Assembly (NCBI GenBank): GCA_038882955.1
Contig: JAVZNC010000002.1
Location: 32,001 to 96,000 of the forward strand
Length of the DNA stretch: 64,000 nt
Direction of reading: 5' to 3'
DNA from: Candidatus Bathyarchaeia archaeon
GTDB taxonomy: Archaea > Thermoproteota > Bathyarchaeia > Bathyarchaeales > Bathycorpusculaceae
Part shown: piece after piece, positions 48,874 through 58,918 of the stretch
Layout of the letters: every line of letters starts with the position of its first letter
How positions within the stretch are numbered: the first letter of the stretch is position 1
Translations under genes and position numbers: made by a program
The notes under the pieces: model-generated
Database searches by the model: none
Told to the model about the DNA's origin: nothing
The model's input: the letters and a program-made list of their open reading frames with translations, nothing else

Positions 48874-50125
48874 GCGTTTCTCCCTCTACAGCCTCAAACA
48901 AGTGAACAATGACTGTTTCGCCTTCATCCAAGCCTTCAATGTTTTCTGGTGCAACAACGTAGCCGTTAGCCCTAGTCATTGTTGAAATTATGCCAGAACC
49001 GCGGGCGCTTATCGGCTCAGCGAGATACTCTTCTCCGCTTTTGAACACGCGAACTCTAACAAACGTTTTGCGTCCCAACGCTGTTGTTACACGCTTTGTC
49101 ATCTTCGCCTTAACCACTGGTCTAGGCTCTTCTTTTTCTAGTCCCATGAGTGCGTTTATCACTGGCTTTGCAAAAACTTCGAATCCAATCATGGCGGCGA
49201 CCGGATTGCCTGAAAGAATCATTATTGGCTTTTCGTTTACTACTGCTAGGGCTGTCGGCATGGCTGGGCGCATTGCTATTCCGTGAACTATTACGCCTGG
49301 CTTTCCAAGTTTGTTAACGGCTTCTGGGACAAGGTCTGAAACTCCAACGCTCGTGCCTCCAGTAGTTATTACCATATCAGCAGCCTCTAGACCCCTCTTC
49401 AGTTTAGCCGTTATCTCGCCCACGTCGTCTTTCGCTATGCCCAAGTCAACTGGTTCAGCCTCTAACTCGCGACACAACGCTGAAAGGACAAGCCTATTAA
49501 CTTCATAAATTTGGTCTTTTCTTGGTTTTGCTCCTACTTCAATAAGCTCATTTCCAGTTGCAAGAATAGCCACTTTTGGCTTTTCAAAAACCTTGACCTC
49601 GGCTTTTCCCAAAGCCGCCATTAACCCCAAATGTTGAGGTTTAAGGCGAGTCCCAGCCTTTATGGCGACTGTCCCCTTCTGAATGTCTTCGCCCCTTTTT
49701 GAGACATTTTCGCCCGGCGTAACTGAAACCAACACTTCTAGTTCTTCGCCAATTTTCTTTGTATTTTCAAGCATGACAACGGCATCCGCCCCCTTCGGAA
49801 GCACGTTGCCAGTCCAAACCTGCTTTACTTCGCCGCTTCCAATGTCTTCGTTAATGGTTACCCTGAACTTTTTTGGTTTAAACTGTGATACGCCAATTGT
49901 TTCTTCGGCTTTGATGGCGTATCCGTCAACAGCGGAGCGGTCAAACCTTGGTAAATTTTCATCAGCAATAATGTCTTCTGCCAGAACGCGGTTGAGCGCT
50001 TGGCTGAGTTTGACCTTTACAGTTTTCGGCGTTTTAATTCGTAGTTTGCTGAAGAATGATTTTTTCGCCTCTTCTATTGCTGTGAGTTTTTGGAATCCTT
50101 TAAGTCGCGCCAAAACGTGCACCAC
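48866..50125 (-). CDS. moeA: Molybdopterin molybdotransferase MoeA, second paralog
   Basis: PRFDRSAVDGYA, GADAVVMLE, TGGTSVG, LSGNP. Confidence 0.93.
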   Translation of the reverse strand: MVHVLARLKGFQKLTAIEEAKKSFFSKLRIKTPKTVKVKLSQALNRVLAEDIIADENLPRFDRSAVDGYAIKAEETIGVSQFKPKKFRVTINEDIGSGEVKQVWTGNVLPKGADAVVMLENTKKIGEELEVLVSVTPGENVSKRGEDIQKGTVAIKAGTRLKPQHLGLMAALGKAEVKVFEKPKVAILATGNELIEVGAKPRKDQIYEVNRLVLSALCRELEAEPVDLGIAKDDVGEITAKLKRGLEAADMVITTGGTSVGVSDLVPEAVNKLGKPGVIVHGIAMRPAMPTALAVVNEKPIMILSGNPVAAMIGFEVFAKPVINALMGLEKEEPRPVVKAKMTKRVTTALGRKTFVRVRVFKSGEEYLAEPISARGSGIISTMTRANGYVVAPENIEGLDEGETVIVHLFEAVEGETHV

Positions 50126-50173
50126 AACAGAACAGCACTACATAAAGCATACAAAAGCGTATCGCATTAAACG

Positions 50174-51037
50174 TTATCGTTTAATCTCCCTTTTGAGTAT
50201 GTCGCGCATCTTTATGGCGTCTAAATCCAGAATTGGGCTTTCGCTTATTACAACTGGTTTTAGGTCAAATTCTACAATGACCTTTGCAAGCATCGCGAAG
50301 TCTGGTCCGTAACCCTCCTCTTCCAACGTGTGATGGCACTTTTCGCCTTTTTCCGTAAACTCCACCTTCGTAAAGTGGCAATGCATGTTCTTTATGGCTT
50401 CTTTTCCAAGCCTATCCTCAACTGTTTCAATTACCCTGCGAAAGTCATCAACAGTTTTGAAGCGCCCATTTTCCCTAGCGTGCAGATGCGCCCAGTCAAT
50501 CACGGGTTGCGTTTGCTCCACTTCCTCACATAGGCTTAGGATTTCTTCTAGGCTTCCAAACTGGGACGGTTTTCCCATTGTTTCTGGACCGATTTTAACG
50601 TTTTTTATGTTTAATGCTTTCATTGACTCAACAACTTCCTTTAATGCTTCAAAGCAGTTTTTGAAAACCTCTGTTCGCGACGTTTTTCCGTAGAATCCTG
50701 GATGAAAAACAACCGTGTGAGCTTTCATCCATTCTGCTGCTGTTGCACATGCTATCAGGCGCTGTTTACTTGCATCTATAACCTCCTTTCCGCCGCAGAA
50801 GTTTATGAAGTACGAACCGTGCAAGCTAAGCCAAACATCACTTTCAGAAGCCTTTAAACCAAGCTTTTCGGCTTCTCCCCTTCTCATTTGAGGTTTTGTG
50901 CCCCATCTCACCGCCTGATACTCAAAGGCGTCAAGACCTTCATCCCTTAAAAGTTTCGGGACGTCTTCCAGTTTTGCTTTCAACATGCGAAAGGTTGGAG
51001 GCACGCCAGCGGGGCCGAACCTTGGGCGGTCAGCCAT
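50174..51037 (-). CDS. nfo: Endonuclease IV (AP endonuclease 2, TIM barrel)
   Basis: FGPAG, HGSYFIN, FHPG, ETMGK, DWAHLHAR, ISESP. Confidence 0.85.
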   Translation of the reverse strand: MADRPRFGPAGVPPTFRMLKAKLEDVPKLLRDEGLDAFEYQAVRWGTKPQMRRGEAEKLGLKASESDVWLSLHGSYFINFCGGKEVIDASKQRLIACATAAEWMKAHTVVFHPGFYGKTSRTEVFKNCFEALKEVVESMKALNIKNVKIGPETMGKPSQFGSLEEILSLCEEVEQTQPVIDWAHLHARENGRFKTVDDFRRVIETVEDRLGKEAIKNMHCHFTKVEFTEKGEKCHHTLEEEGYGPDFAMLAKVIVEFDLKPVVISESPILDLDAIKMRDILKREIKR

Positions 51038-51049
51038 TAAAATCCCTTT

Positions 51050-51841
51050 TTAGCCTTTCCTTCTTATTCTGTATCTCCGACCTTTGCGTATGTATTCTCC
51101 GTAGGTTAGAGCTAATAGGGCTGAAATCCAAGCTGCAGCGTTTTGGATTGCTAAATATTTTCCAGCCGCGTCTGAGCCAACTAATGGGCTGATGATTGTT
51201 CCTAGAGTTAGAATAAAATTTCTAAATGTGGGTGCAAGGGAAATAAGGGCGTTGCCTACAGCTGAGAATAGCCAGAAAATTGGCGCCAAGGCTTCTGTTG
51301 TGCCCTTAACAAAATTCAAAAGGGCGGTATTATTTCGGTAAGTGTTTGCTACAGCTTCGTAGATTATTCTTGGGTATGCTAAAAGGGAAACTGTGAAGGC
51401 AAAAACTATGAACAATAAAAGAATTGTTAAGGCGCTTTTTATTGTGGCATTCGCCATCTTCTGTTGAAGGCTAACAAAAACTTTTACTCCGAATATTTTC
51501 GCCTTTAACCCGCTGAAGAACGAAGCTTTGGGTTTTCCCTTCTTGGCGGTAATCGCCTTCTTTTTCAATGGTTCCTGTTGTTTTGTTGCCATACACCTTG
51601 TTAGGTAAGTCCAGCTGAACGCGAGTGTGATGACAACTGCTGCTGGGATTAAATGGAACAGTGGACTTATTACGCCGAATATTCGACTATCGGGATTTTC
51701 CGTTAAACCTAACCCCAGCGCGTACAAAATAATTACGCTTTCAACCAAAACTGCCAGAATCAAGAAGGCAAGTATTGACGCTATTCCCTTTAGCGATGCC
51801 CAGCGGACAAGCGATGGTTTTTGAGGTTTTTGCGTTGCCAA
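51050..51841 (-). CDS. Hypothetical membrane protein
   Basis: Several TM helices with a basic loop and tail; GGTGA SD. Confidence 0.7.
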   Translation of the reverse strand: MATQKPQKPSLVRWASLKGIASILAFLILAVLVESVIILYALGLGLTENPDSRIFGVISPLFHLIPAAVVITLAFSWTYLTRCMATKQQEPLKKKAITAKKGKPKASFFSGLKAKIFGVKVFVSLQQKMANATIKSALTILLLFIVFAFTVSLLAYPRIIYEAVANTYRNNTALLNFVKGTTEALAPIFWLFSAVGNALISLAPTFRNFILTLGTIISPLVGSDAAGKYLAIQNAAAWISALLALTYGEYIRKGRRYRIRRKG

Positions 51842-51902
51842 CGAATCACCGTTTATAGTTCATTTGAATATATCTGTTCACATTAAAAAACGTGACTGTC
51901 CC

Positions 51903-52061
51903 TTATGATAGTGGAAACTCGTTTCCACATTTTGGGCATTTCGCCATTCCACATTGCACCGATGACGGACAACCGGAACAGGCAAATGCCCTACCATAAG
52001 TTATGTCAAAAGCGAAACCGCATTTCGGACAGTTTATTAATCGTTTTGTCTGTGTCTTCAT
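51903..52061 (-). CDS. 52-aa Cys-rich metal-binding microprotein
   Basis: Manual translation: MKTQTKRLINCPKCGFAFDITYGRAFACSGCPSSVQCGMAKCPKCGNEFPLS*; below the 60-aa track cutoff. Confidence 0.8.
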   Translation of the reverse strand: MKTQTKRLINCPKCGFAFDITYGRAFACSGCPSSVQCGMAKCPKCGNEFPLS

Positions 52062-52215
52062 TATGCGCCGTTTTCTCCGTTTCGTTCTAATTAGAAATGG
52101 TTGCCAAGCTGCCTTTAAAGTTTATGTGAAAATCTTAAAAATAAATCATTAAATATCATTAGGTTAGTAGTGTGTAGTACTGCCAGTTGAAAGGCATCTC
52201 AAGTTTGGGAAAAAG

Positions 52216-53196
52216 ATGCTTAAACCCGATAAGTTGGAGCGTTTGGAACTTTACAAGGATCGTAATACACAGGTTTTCTTAAACAAGTTTCTGAGCGAGG
52301 AAATAAGCGAGCTTGAACCAGTGTACGATCCCAAGGTTGGGTATCACTACCCAATTGTTGAGGCGATTGTCGGCGACGTTCAGAGTGCAGAAGCCTTTTT
52401 GAATAGGCTTTATGATGCGGGAATACTTGAAAGGCGGCTTTACGACAAAATCATTTACTGTCCAAAATGTGGCTCTGCAAACGTTTCGGTGCGCTACTGT
52501 TGTGCTTACTGTAAGTCTTTTGATATTCAAAGAAGCGCTTTGATTGAGCATGTTAAATGCGGTTACATGGATGTTGAGGAAAACTATAAGAAGGGAAACA
52601 AGCTTGTCTGCCCGAAATGCCATGAAGAACTGAAAAAGCCAGATGTGGATTACCGGAGGGCTGGAACTTGGTGTACATGCAAAGACTGCAAGAAGAGTTT
52701 TGACATTCCAGTCGTTGCGCATTTTTGCAGGGACTGCCATATAGCCTTCACTTTTGAAGATGCCGTGATAAAAGATGTTTACGCTTACACGCTGAGGGAG
52801 GAGGCGAAAGAGGAAGCAGCACGCGGATGGGTTATAATCGCTCCAATTAGGGACTTCTTACTAGAAAATGGATTTGAAGTTGAAAGTCCAGCTTTTTTGA
52901 AAGGCAAGTCTGGGGCAAATCACATGTTTGACATAGTGGCATACGAGGGAAAAACCAAAAAATTGACTGTTATTGACGTGGCAATGTCGGTTGAAGATGT
53001 TGTTTCCGAGCAACCAGTCATCGCCCTATTCGCAAAAATATTTGATGTTTCCCCAGACAGTGCCTACTTAATTGCGATTCCAAAAATAAACGATAACGGG
53101 AAAAAAATGGCTGAACTCTATAACATTCATGTTTTGGAGGTTAAAAACCAAAAAGAGGCAATAAAAGCCCTAAAAGAGGAAATGTTTAGGGAGTAA
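52216..53196 (+). CDS. TackOD1-like multi-Zn protein with C-terminal restriction-endonuclease-like domain
   Basis: CPKC, CAYC, HVKC, CPKC, CKDC, CRDC array; then GKSGANHMFDIVA. Confidence 0.75.
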   Translation: MLKPDKLERLELYKDRNTQVFLNKFLSEEISELEPVYDPKVGYHYPIVEAIVGDVQSAEAFLNRLYDAGILERRLYDKIIYCPKCGSANVSVRYCCAYCKSFDIQRSALIEHVKCGYMDVEENYKKGNKLVCPKCHEELKKPDVDYRRAGTWCTCKDCKKSFDIPVVAHFCRDCHIAFTFEDAVIKDVYAYTLREEAKEEAARGWVIIAPIRDFLLENGFEVESPAFLKGKSGANHMFDIVAYEGKTKKLTVIDVAMSVEDVVSEQPVIALFAKIFDVSPDSAYLIAIPKINDNGKKMAELYNIHVLEVKNQKEAIKALKEEMFRE

Positions 53197-54988
53197 AAAC
53201 TGCGATATTTCCTCTTTCAGTAACAACTTTAACCATGAAGTTTCCTTCTGGAAGTTTTATGTCCGCTCTTATGTATGTGATTATTTCGCCTATGTTTACG
53301 AAATAGTTCGCCTCATAACGCCTATGAACTGTCGAATTAACAACCCATATAGAAACTATATGTGCAGTTGTTGAACCAGAATTTTTTACGCTGAACTGTG
53401 CGCCATCAATTTTTGCTCTCACAGCGAAGAAATCTATGTCGACAATTGTTTGGTTTACGTCTAAACTTGCATCGCAGAACATTATCCTAATTGCACCTTC
53501 ACTGTTGACGAAGCTTTGCCAATTTTCTGTTATATTAACCGCGTAATCCGTGAAGTCTGTTGTCAAGGTCATTTCCATTGCATCGCCGAATTCCGCGCTT
53601 GTCCAATTATAAACTTTTAAAAACCAATTTTCGATGGTGTCGTTTGCTCTTAGGCGAATTTGAATTTCAAGTGCTTCAATGTATGCGAGTGGATAATTTT
53701 TCGTGTCGATGGTAAAGTCGCCAATTATGTTAAGAGCATAGGCGTCTTGCATTTCAGGCTTTAATTCCACTAAATCCAATTTTAAATCAAACTGTGCATT
53801 GGTTGCTTTAACTCCTTTAACTCTCAATTTCCAATTGCTTGAGCTGTCCTTGAAGTGTGTTGCGTTTTCGGTTATTGTTTGCGTTTTCGTTTCATCAACG
53901 TTTGGAATCGCGCTTGAAACGTATGATATGTAGCCATCTCCGTCTTCTGGATAACTGTTAGTCTGGTAATTGAATAATTGTAATGTTACATTTACGTTGC
54001 CCGTTGTAAAAGAGCTCGTGACTTTCCATGTTAGGCTTGCCCAGATTTCCATGTTTGATGTTCCCGTGAACTCCACTTCAACTGTGTATTCAACTGGCTG
54101 TTCATAATTGCAGTAAATGCTATACCGATTAGCATTGTGCAAAGCATCCGTCGGGTCTGTTGGCGAAGCATAATTGTTAGTCGTATCATAGTGTCCTTGG
54201 TTAGTTGAGCCAACCGCGTAATAAAATCTGACTTGCGCGTCTGGTATTATCATTAAAAGGTACTCCGTATCAGGCATCAAAGTTGGCGGATTTGGAAAAG
54301 TGACAGTCCACCATTGGAGCGTCGTTGTGATTGACACTGGATTCGTTATGGCGATTACTTTTAAGTCGCTGTGCCGAACAATCAAGCATTTAACGTTCCT
54401 CGTCTGAGAGGCGCTTCTGCCATAAAACGTCATGCTTTTCGCAATTACGGTTGCCGAGGGCGAAGTAAAAAGGCTTCCATACATGATGTTTGCACCAACA
54501 GTTGTATAGCTTGAGCCTGGAACAGTGTTGCCAAAACTGCCCGTTACGTTTTGCGAGGCGTAACTTCTAAAGGTCATGTAAGCTTCATCGTCTTTTTTCA
54601 AATTTGCTAATGAGCCCGAAACGTATTGCGTTGAGTTTATAGGGTTGTATGCGGACGGATTGTAAATGTAGCCGTTTTCTTCCATAAAACTTTCATAATT
54701 TCCGTCAGCAACATGCGTGTCTACATACGTTCCGTTTTTGCTACCAATAATAATTGTGTACTCATTATTTGTTGTAAACCATGGCGAATTGGTAACACGT
54801 GTTACATTTTCGACTTTTACGCTTTCCTGTATTCTTTCTAGGTCGAACTGGTTCATTTGGTAGCTCCATAAAACCACGTTTGAAACTATAAGCGTTATTA
54901 GGATTAGGCTCAGCATTACAACTATCACATTGCTTATGCCCCTTTGCGCCTTCTTGAAACGTTTAAGGTGCTTTGTAATAGTCTGCAA
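53186..54988 (-). CDS. Large type IV pilin-like adhesin
   Basis: Class III signal KKAQRG|ISNVIVVMLSLIL; pilin-like C-terminus (VKNSGS...KVVTERGN); large beta-rich insert. Confidence 0.75.
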   Translation of the reverse strand: MQTITKHLKRFKKAQRGISNVIVVMLSLILITLIVSNVVLWSYQMNQFDLERIQESVKVENVTRVTNSPWFTTNNEYTIIIGSKNGTYVDTHVADGNYESFMEENGYIYNPSAYNPINSTQYVSGSLANLKKDDEAYMTFRSYASQNVTGSFGNTVPGSSYTTVGANIMYGSLFTSPSATVIAKSMTFYGRSASQTRNVKCLIVRHSDLKVIAITNPVSITTTLQWWTVTFPNPPTLMPDTEYLLMIIPDAQVRFYYAVGSTNQGHYDTTNNYASPTDPTDALHNANRYSIYCNYEQPVEYTVEVEFTGTSNMEIWASLTWKVTSSFTTGNVNVTLQLFNYQTNSYPEDGDGYISYVSSAIPNVDETKTQTITENATHFKDSSSNWKLRVKGVKATNAQFDLKLDLVELKPEMQDAYALNIIGDFTIDTKNYPLAYIEALEIQIRLRANDTIENWFLKVYNWTSAEFGDAMEMTLTTDFTDYAVNITENWQSFVNSEGAIRIMFCDASLDVNQTIVDIDFFAVRAKIDGAQFSVKNSGSTTAHIVSIWVVNSTVHRRYEANYFVNIGEIITYIRADIKLPEGNFMVKVVTERGNIAVFTP

Positions 54989-55382
54989 TGTGAGACCCCC
55001 TCTTTGTAACAACGTCTATGTAGTATAGGCTTCCACTTGTCCAAGCATAGCCTGAAACATTAAGCCACTTGTGTTCGCCTAACTCCAAACGGAAGGGCTG
55101 ACTGAAAGACTGTGCTGTATGGTTTATGTATATCCCCGAAACTTCGATGGAGACTTTTCCAATGTTCTGCATGTAAATGTGGATGCTGCCAGTCAAATTG
55201 TTGAACCAAACATCTTCTACTATGACGCGTTCGCCCATCGTTTCACGAAGATTTGTTGTAATTACGTATGTGGCTGTTGTGGCAATCGCCATCGCCGCCA
55301 CCGCTACAGCCGTTAGTAGAAGGTTGCTGAGCACGGGGGTTATGGCCCTCTTATCTGCGAAAAACCCTCTTTTTCTTGTCAT
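54963..55382 (-). CDS. Archaeal type IV pilin
   Basis: DKRA|ITPVLSNLLL class III signal; ERVIVEDV, NIG, VVTKRG. Confidence 0.85.
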   Translation of the reverse strand: MTRKRGFFADKRAITPVLSNLLLTAVAVAAMAIATTATYVITTNLRETMGERVIVEDVWFNNLTGSIHIYMQNIGKVSIEVSGIYINHTAQSFSQPFRLELGEHKWLNVSGYAWTSGSLYYIDVVTKRGSHIADYYKAP

Positions 55383-55391
55383 GTTTTCACC

Positions 55392-56213
55392 TTAAAGGAA
55401 AAGTTTTAGGGCTATGTAACCGCTGATCATCATTATTAGACTATGTTTTAAGCCTGCACTTATTGCGCCTTCACCCATCTTCCCAGCAATGAGCCCTCCG
55501 AACAGCGCTTGTACTACTGTCATGTGGAAGAACAGGCGTTTCATTTCTTCTGGAGCCATGACAGCCGTTCCCAGTGTTGGCAGTCCTTCTATGCTTGCAA
55601 AGAACGACTTGAAGAGGAGTACTACCGTGAAGAGGAAGACGAAGTAGGCTACATAAATTATCGCGATGTACGGTCTTGTCTGATTTCGTCTTTCCTTATC
55701 CAGCAAAAGCGTTGTCTGTATGAATTTGCCAGTTGGTGCAAAAACCTTTTCCACGTGTCCGCCAGAGCGGCTTGCCTCAATTATTAGTGGGACGGTTCTC
55801 TGCACAAGCACGGTGTTGACGCGTTTCCCCAAAGCCAAAAGAGCCTCTTCAAAGGTCATTCCCCAAGAAATCTGCGCCGTCATCTTCTTCAACTCGCCTG
55901 TCAGCGGTCCATAGTTTCTTTTTGATGCTTCTTCCAAGGCTTGTGGAAGCGTCATCCCAGTTTCTTGCGCTTGAACTATGCTTCTGAAAAGGTCTGGCAA
56001 GTGCTCGTCTACGGCTTTTCTCCATTTAAACTCTATGTAATTCAAAATTGCTGGTGGAAAAATGCCAATTATTAAGGCGAAGAAAACGAACTCGTCAAAG
56101 GTTCTGGTTCCCCAAAAATTGAAAAATGCAAAAATGACCATGACGGCGGCTATTGAAATCGAGGCGGTCCACGCCAACTTTTTATCTTGTGCACTTATTT
56201 TTGGCATTTTCAT
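55392..56213 (-). CDS. Type IV pilus platform protein (TadC/T2SS-F family)
   Basis: LPDLFR..ETGMTL..AL, GLIAGKMGEG..SAGLKH. Confidence 0.9.
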   Translation of the reverse strand: MKMPKISAQDKKLAWTASISIAAVMVIFAFFNFWGTRTFDEFVFFALIIGIFPPAILNYIEFKWRKAVDEHLPDLFRSIVQAQETGMTLPQALEEASKRNYGPLTGELKKMTAQISWGMTFEEALLALGKRVNTVLVQRTVPLIIEASRSGGHVEKVFAPTGKFIQTTLLLDKERRNQTRPYIAIIYVAYFVFLFTVVLLFKSFFASIEGLPTLGTAVMAPEEMKRLFFHMTVVQALFGGLIAGKMGEGAISAGLKHSLIMMISGYIALKLFL

Positions 56214-57200
56214 CTACCATTTAGGTGAAACAGCATCCAAAATTATCAGAAACATTATTGAGCCCAATGGTATTCCAATGTAGGTTAAGATGTTGAGCAA
56301 AATGTCTGGATCCAACGCGCCTAAGCCTCCGCCAAGCATGCTCATAACCGCAAGCATTATAACCAAAAGCAGTGGTCCAGTCACAAGCAGAGCCACATAA
56401 AACTCTGACAAGATTGATAGTGTGTCTGAAAATTTGCGTAGGCTAATCCTCTTCAGTTTCATGTACTGCGTTGACTTTTCGCGGAGGTAATGTGCCAAGT
56501 TGCCTCCAGAATGTATTGTTGAAATGAAACCTTCAAGCATTTCGCGGAACTTTTCAGATGGCGTCAGCCTAGAAGTTTCTTCAAGAGCAGAAATGACGTC
56601 TAAACCGAAGAGGTTTATGTTTCTAACAATGTTTTTCGCTTCGCTTGTCATTGCCAATGGCGGGGTCAAGTTTGAAAGTGAATAGAAAATCTTTTCTGGA
56701 GAAACGCCCGCACTTGAGAGAATCGCCATATAACCAGTTGTGAACGGCAACTCGTCCTCTAAGTCTCTCTTGACCTTGTCTGCACGGTAAACTGGGTAAA
56801 TGTAAAAGCCAATTATGGAAAAGGCGCAGGCGAACAGTCCTCCGCCGATGCCGAACATGAACGATGGCATTAGCGGAACTCCAAAGCCTAAGAAAAGTAT
56901 TGAAGGAATTATTGCCAATGCTGCTACTAAAAGCAGAATTGCCGTAAAAACTGTTAGGCTAACATACGCCTTAAAACTGACTCTAATTCCAGATTTCTGC
57001 AAGTTCAAGTCTAAATCTTTGAAAAGTGGCAAAAACCGCTCGGTTTTTCCTCCAATAAACTTGTATGCCATCGAATAGAACTCTACTTTCTGTGACTTGC
57101 TGGTTTTTGCAGCAGATTTTTCGCTTATATGTCCTTCGAAAAGCATCTTAAAACGTGTGCAAAAGCGCTCAATTTTTTCCAGAACTTTACTTGTTTTCAT
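56214..57200 (-). CDS. Type IV pilus platform protein (TadB/C, T2SS-F family)
   Basis: ELPF..YMAILSSAG, FGLDVISAL, TPS, SGG. Confidence 0.9.
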   Translation of the reverse strand: MKTSKVLEKIERFCTRFKMLFEGHISEKSAAKTSKSQKVEFYSMAYKFIGGKTERFLPLFKDLDLNLQKSGIRVSFKAYVSLTVFTAILLLVAALAIIPSILFLGFGVPLMPSFMFGIGGGLFACAFSIIGFYIYPVYRADKVKRDLEDELPFTTGYMAILSSAGVSPEKIFYSLSNLTPPLAMTSEAKNIVRNINLFGLDVISALEETSRLTPSEKFREMLEGFISTIHSGGNLAHYLREKSTQYMKLKRISLRKFSDTLSILSEFYVALLVTGPLLLVIMLAVMSMLGGGLGALDPDILLNILTYIGIPLGSIMFLIILDAVSPKW

Positions 57201-58756
57201 TTAAGTCCAACCCTTGCCTTCTGGAAGACACGGTTTGGGTTTGCATAGTACTCGCGAATCACGTTTGCCACGTCTGTGTGGCGTCTTATACCCTCACGAA
57301 CCATCCATTCTAATACTGTTTTTCTCCTATGTAGCTCGCGCCTAACATCATCCTCGCTTATGCCCGATTTGCTCATGCGCTCATCTAAAAGCGCACTGTG
57401 ACCAGAAAAAACGAATTTGTCTTCACGAGGGTTCCAGCGGAAGACATCCTCTGTTACGATATTCTTTTTCTTACGGTCAAATTCTATAACCTCAGTTGTT
57501 GTGGTCGCTCTTCTGGCTGGTCTTCCTTCAATTTCTGTTCTCGTCATAACCATTATGACGTCTGTCATGGCTATAAGCGACTTCGGAATATTCATGGGCT
57601 CGGATTCAAGCCTATTTATCACGGCTTCGACGGACTCTGCGTGTATTGTGCTCATTCCTAAGTGCCCAGTTGCCATCGCTTGGAAAAGTGTATAGGCTTC
57701 TTCTCCTCGTACCTCACCCACTATTATGTAGTCTGGTCTTTGTCTAACAGCCGCTTTTAACAAGTCAAAAAGGGTTATTGTGCCGCTTCTTTTGTCTTCA
57801 TGCCCAAAACCTAAGCGTATGACTGAGGGTATCCAGTTTTCGTGTGGTAGGTTAAGCTCTTGAGTGTCTTCTACGCTTACGATTTTCATTTCTGGCTTTA
57901 TGAACATTGAAAGGCAGTTCAGCATTGTTGTTTTTCCAGCCGCGACGCCTCCAGCTACAATTATTGAGGCTCTGTTTTCTATTATGTACCAGAGGTAGGC
58001 AGCCATTTCCGAGGAGATTGTGTTGAAGGCAATTAAGTCTGAAATCGTGAGCGGGTCAACTCTGAAACGTCTAATTGTGAATGTTGAGCCTCTGCGTGTA
58101 ACCTCGTTTCCATAAGTTAGTTGTATTCTGCTGCCGTCTGGAAGTGAAGCGTCCAATATCGGGGATGCTATTGATATGTTTTTTTCAGATAGGTATGCGA
58201 GGCGTACTATGAAGGAGTTTAGTTCTGCTTCATCCTTGAATATTATGTTTGTTGGTAAGGACTCGTAGATTCTGTGCCAAACGTATATTGGTATGTTTAC
58301 GCCGTCTGCCGATATATCCTCTATGAAGTGGTCTTTCATTAGGGGGTCTATTTTTCCGTAGCCTATGAAGTCCCTTACAATGTAATAAGTGAGTTTGTCA
58401 ACGGATTCTTGTGGGATTTTTAGGCGGTATTTTTTGATTATTTCCTTTGTCTTCTCTATTAGGTAGTTTTCCGCCTTTTCTCTTGTTTCTATGTCTTTTA
58501 AGTTTACGTCAACCTCCTCCATCAAAAACCGCTTTATTTCTTGTAGTTTTTGCTCCTCTTCTTTTTGCAGTGTTGGCTCTATGATCTCATACATTGTTTT
58601 TTGGGTTTCCGGATTTTTGACTATCGCTGCATAAACGTATGGCTCTTTTACTGGGTAAACTTCTCTGAATACTGTTGGTTTTTTTGTTTCTTCTTTCACT
58701 ATTATGCCTATCTCTGCCTGTTCAGTCTGCTCTGTGGCTTTTGGTTTTCTTGGCAT
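57197..58756 (-). CDS. Type IV pilus assembly ATPase (ArlI/VirB11/CpaF family)
   Basis: GGVAAGKTT, EDTQEL, RQRPDYIIVGEVRG, ATGH...HA. Confidence 0.95.
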   Translation of the reverse strand: MPRKPKATEQTEQAEIGIIVKEETKKPTVFREVYPVKEPYVYAAIVKNPETQKTMYEIIEPTLQKEEEQKLQEIKRFLMEEVDVNLKDIETREKAENYLIEKTKEIIKKYRLKIPQESVDKLTYYIVRDFIGYGKIDPLMKDHFIEDISADGVNIPIYVWHRIYESLPTNIIFKDEAELNSFIVRLAYLSEKNISIASPILDASLPDGSRIQLTYGNEVTRRGSTFTIRRFRVDPLTISDLIAFNTISSEMAAYLWYIIENRASIIVAGGVAAGKTTMLNCLSMFIKPEMKIVSVEDTQELNLPHENWIPSVIRLGFGHEDKRSGTITLFDLLKAAVRQRPDYIIVGEVRGEEAYTLFQAMATGHLGMSTIHAESVEAVINRLESEPMNIPKSLIAMTDVIMVMTRTEIEGRPARRATTTTEVIEFDRKKKNIVTEDVFRWNPREDKFVFSGHSALLDERMSKSGISEDDVRRELHRRKTVLEWMVREGIRRHTDVANVIREYYANPNRVFQKARVGLK

Positions 58757-58918
58757 CGTGTTTCCCTTTTTAGAGTGTGGAGTGTCTTTCCTAGATATAG
58801 TGTGTAGGAAGTCTTAATAAGCTATATGCACGCCTAATCTTTACCACGCTTAACACTGAAAAAACAAAAACTAAACAAAATCAAACCTAAAATTAAAGAA
58901 AAACCTTTAGAACAAACT

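Noticed and set aside
47623-50125. Tandem moeA pair (and two thermosome paralogs elsewhere in the window)
   Set aside because: Common in archaea; diverged paralogs, not a recent duplication.
51911-51991. gtggaaac/gtttccac dyad and a larger stem suggesting an ncRNA or ORB site
   Set aside because: Lies inside the 52-aa Cys-rich ORF, which explains the sequence; no cdc6 or repeated ORB nearby.
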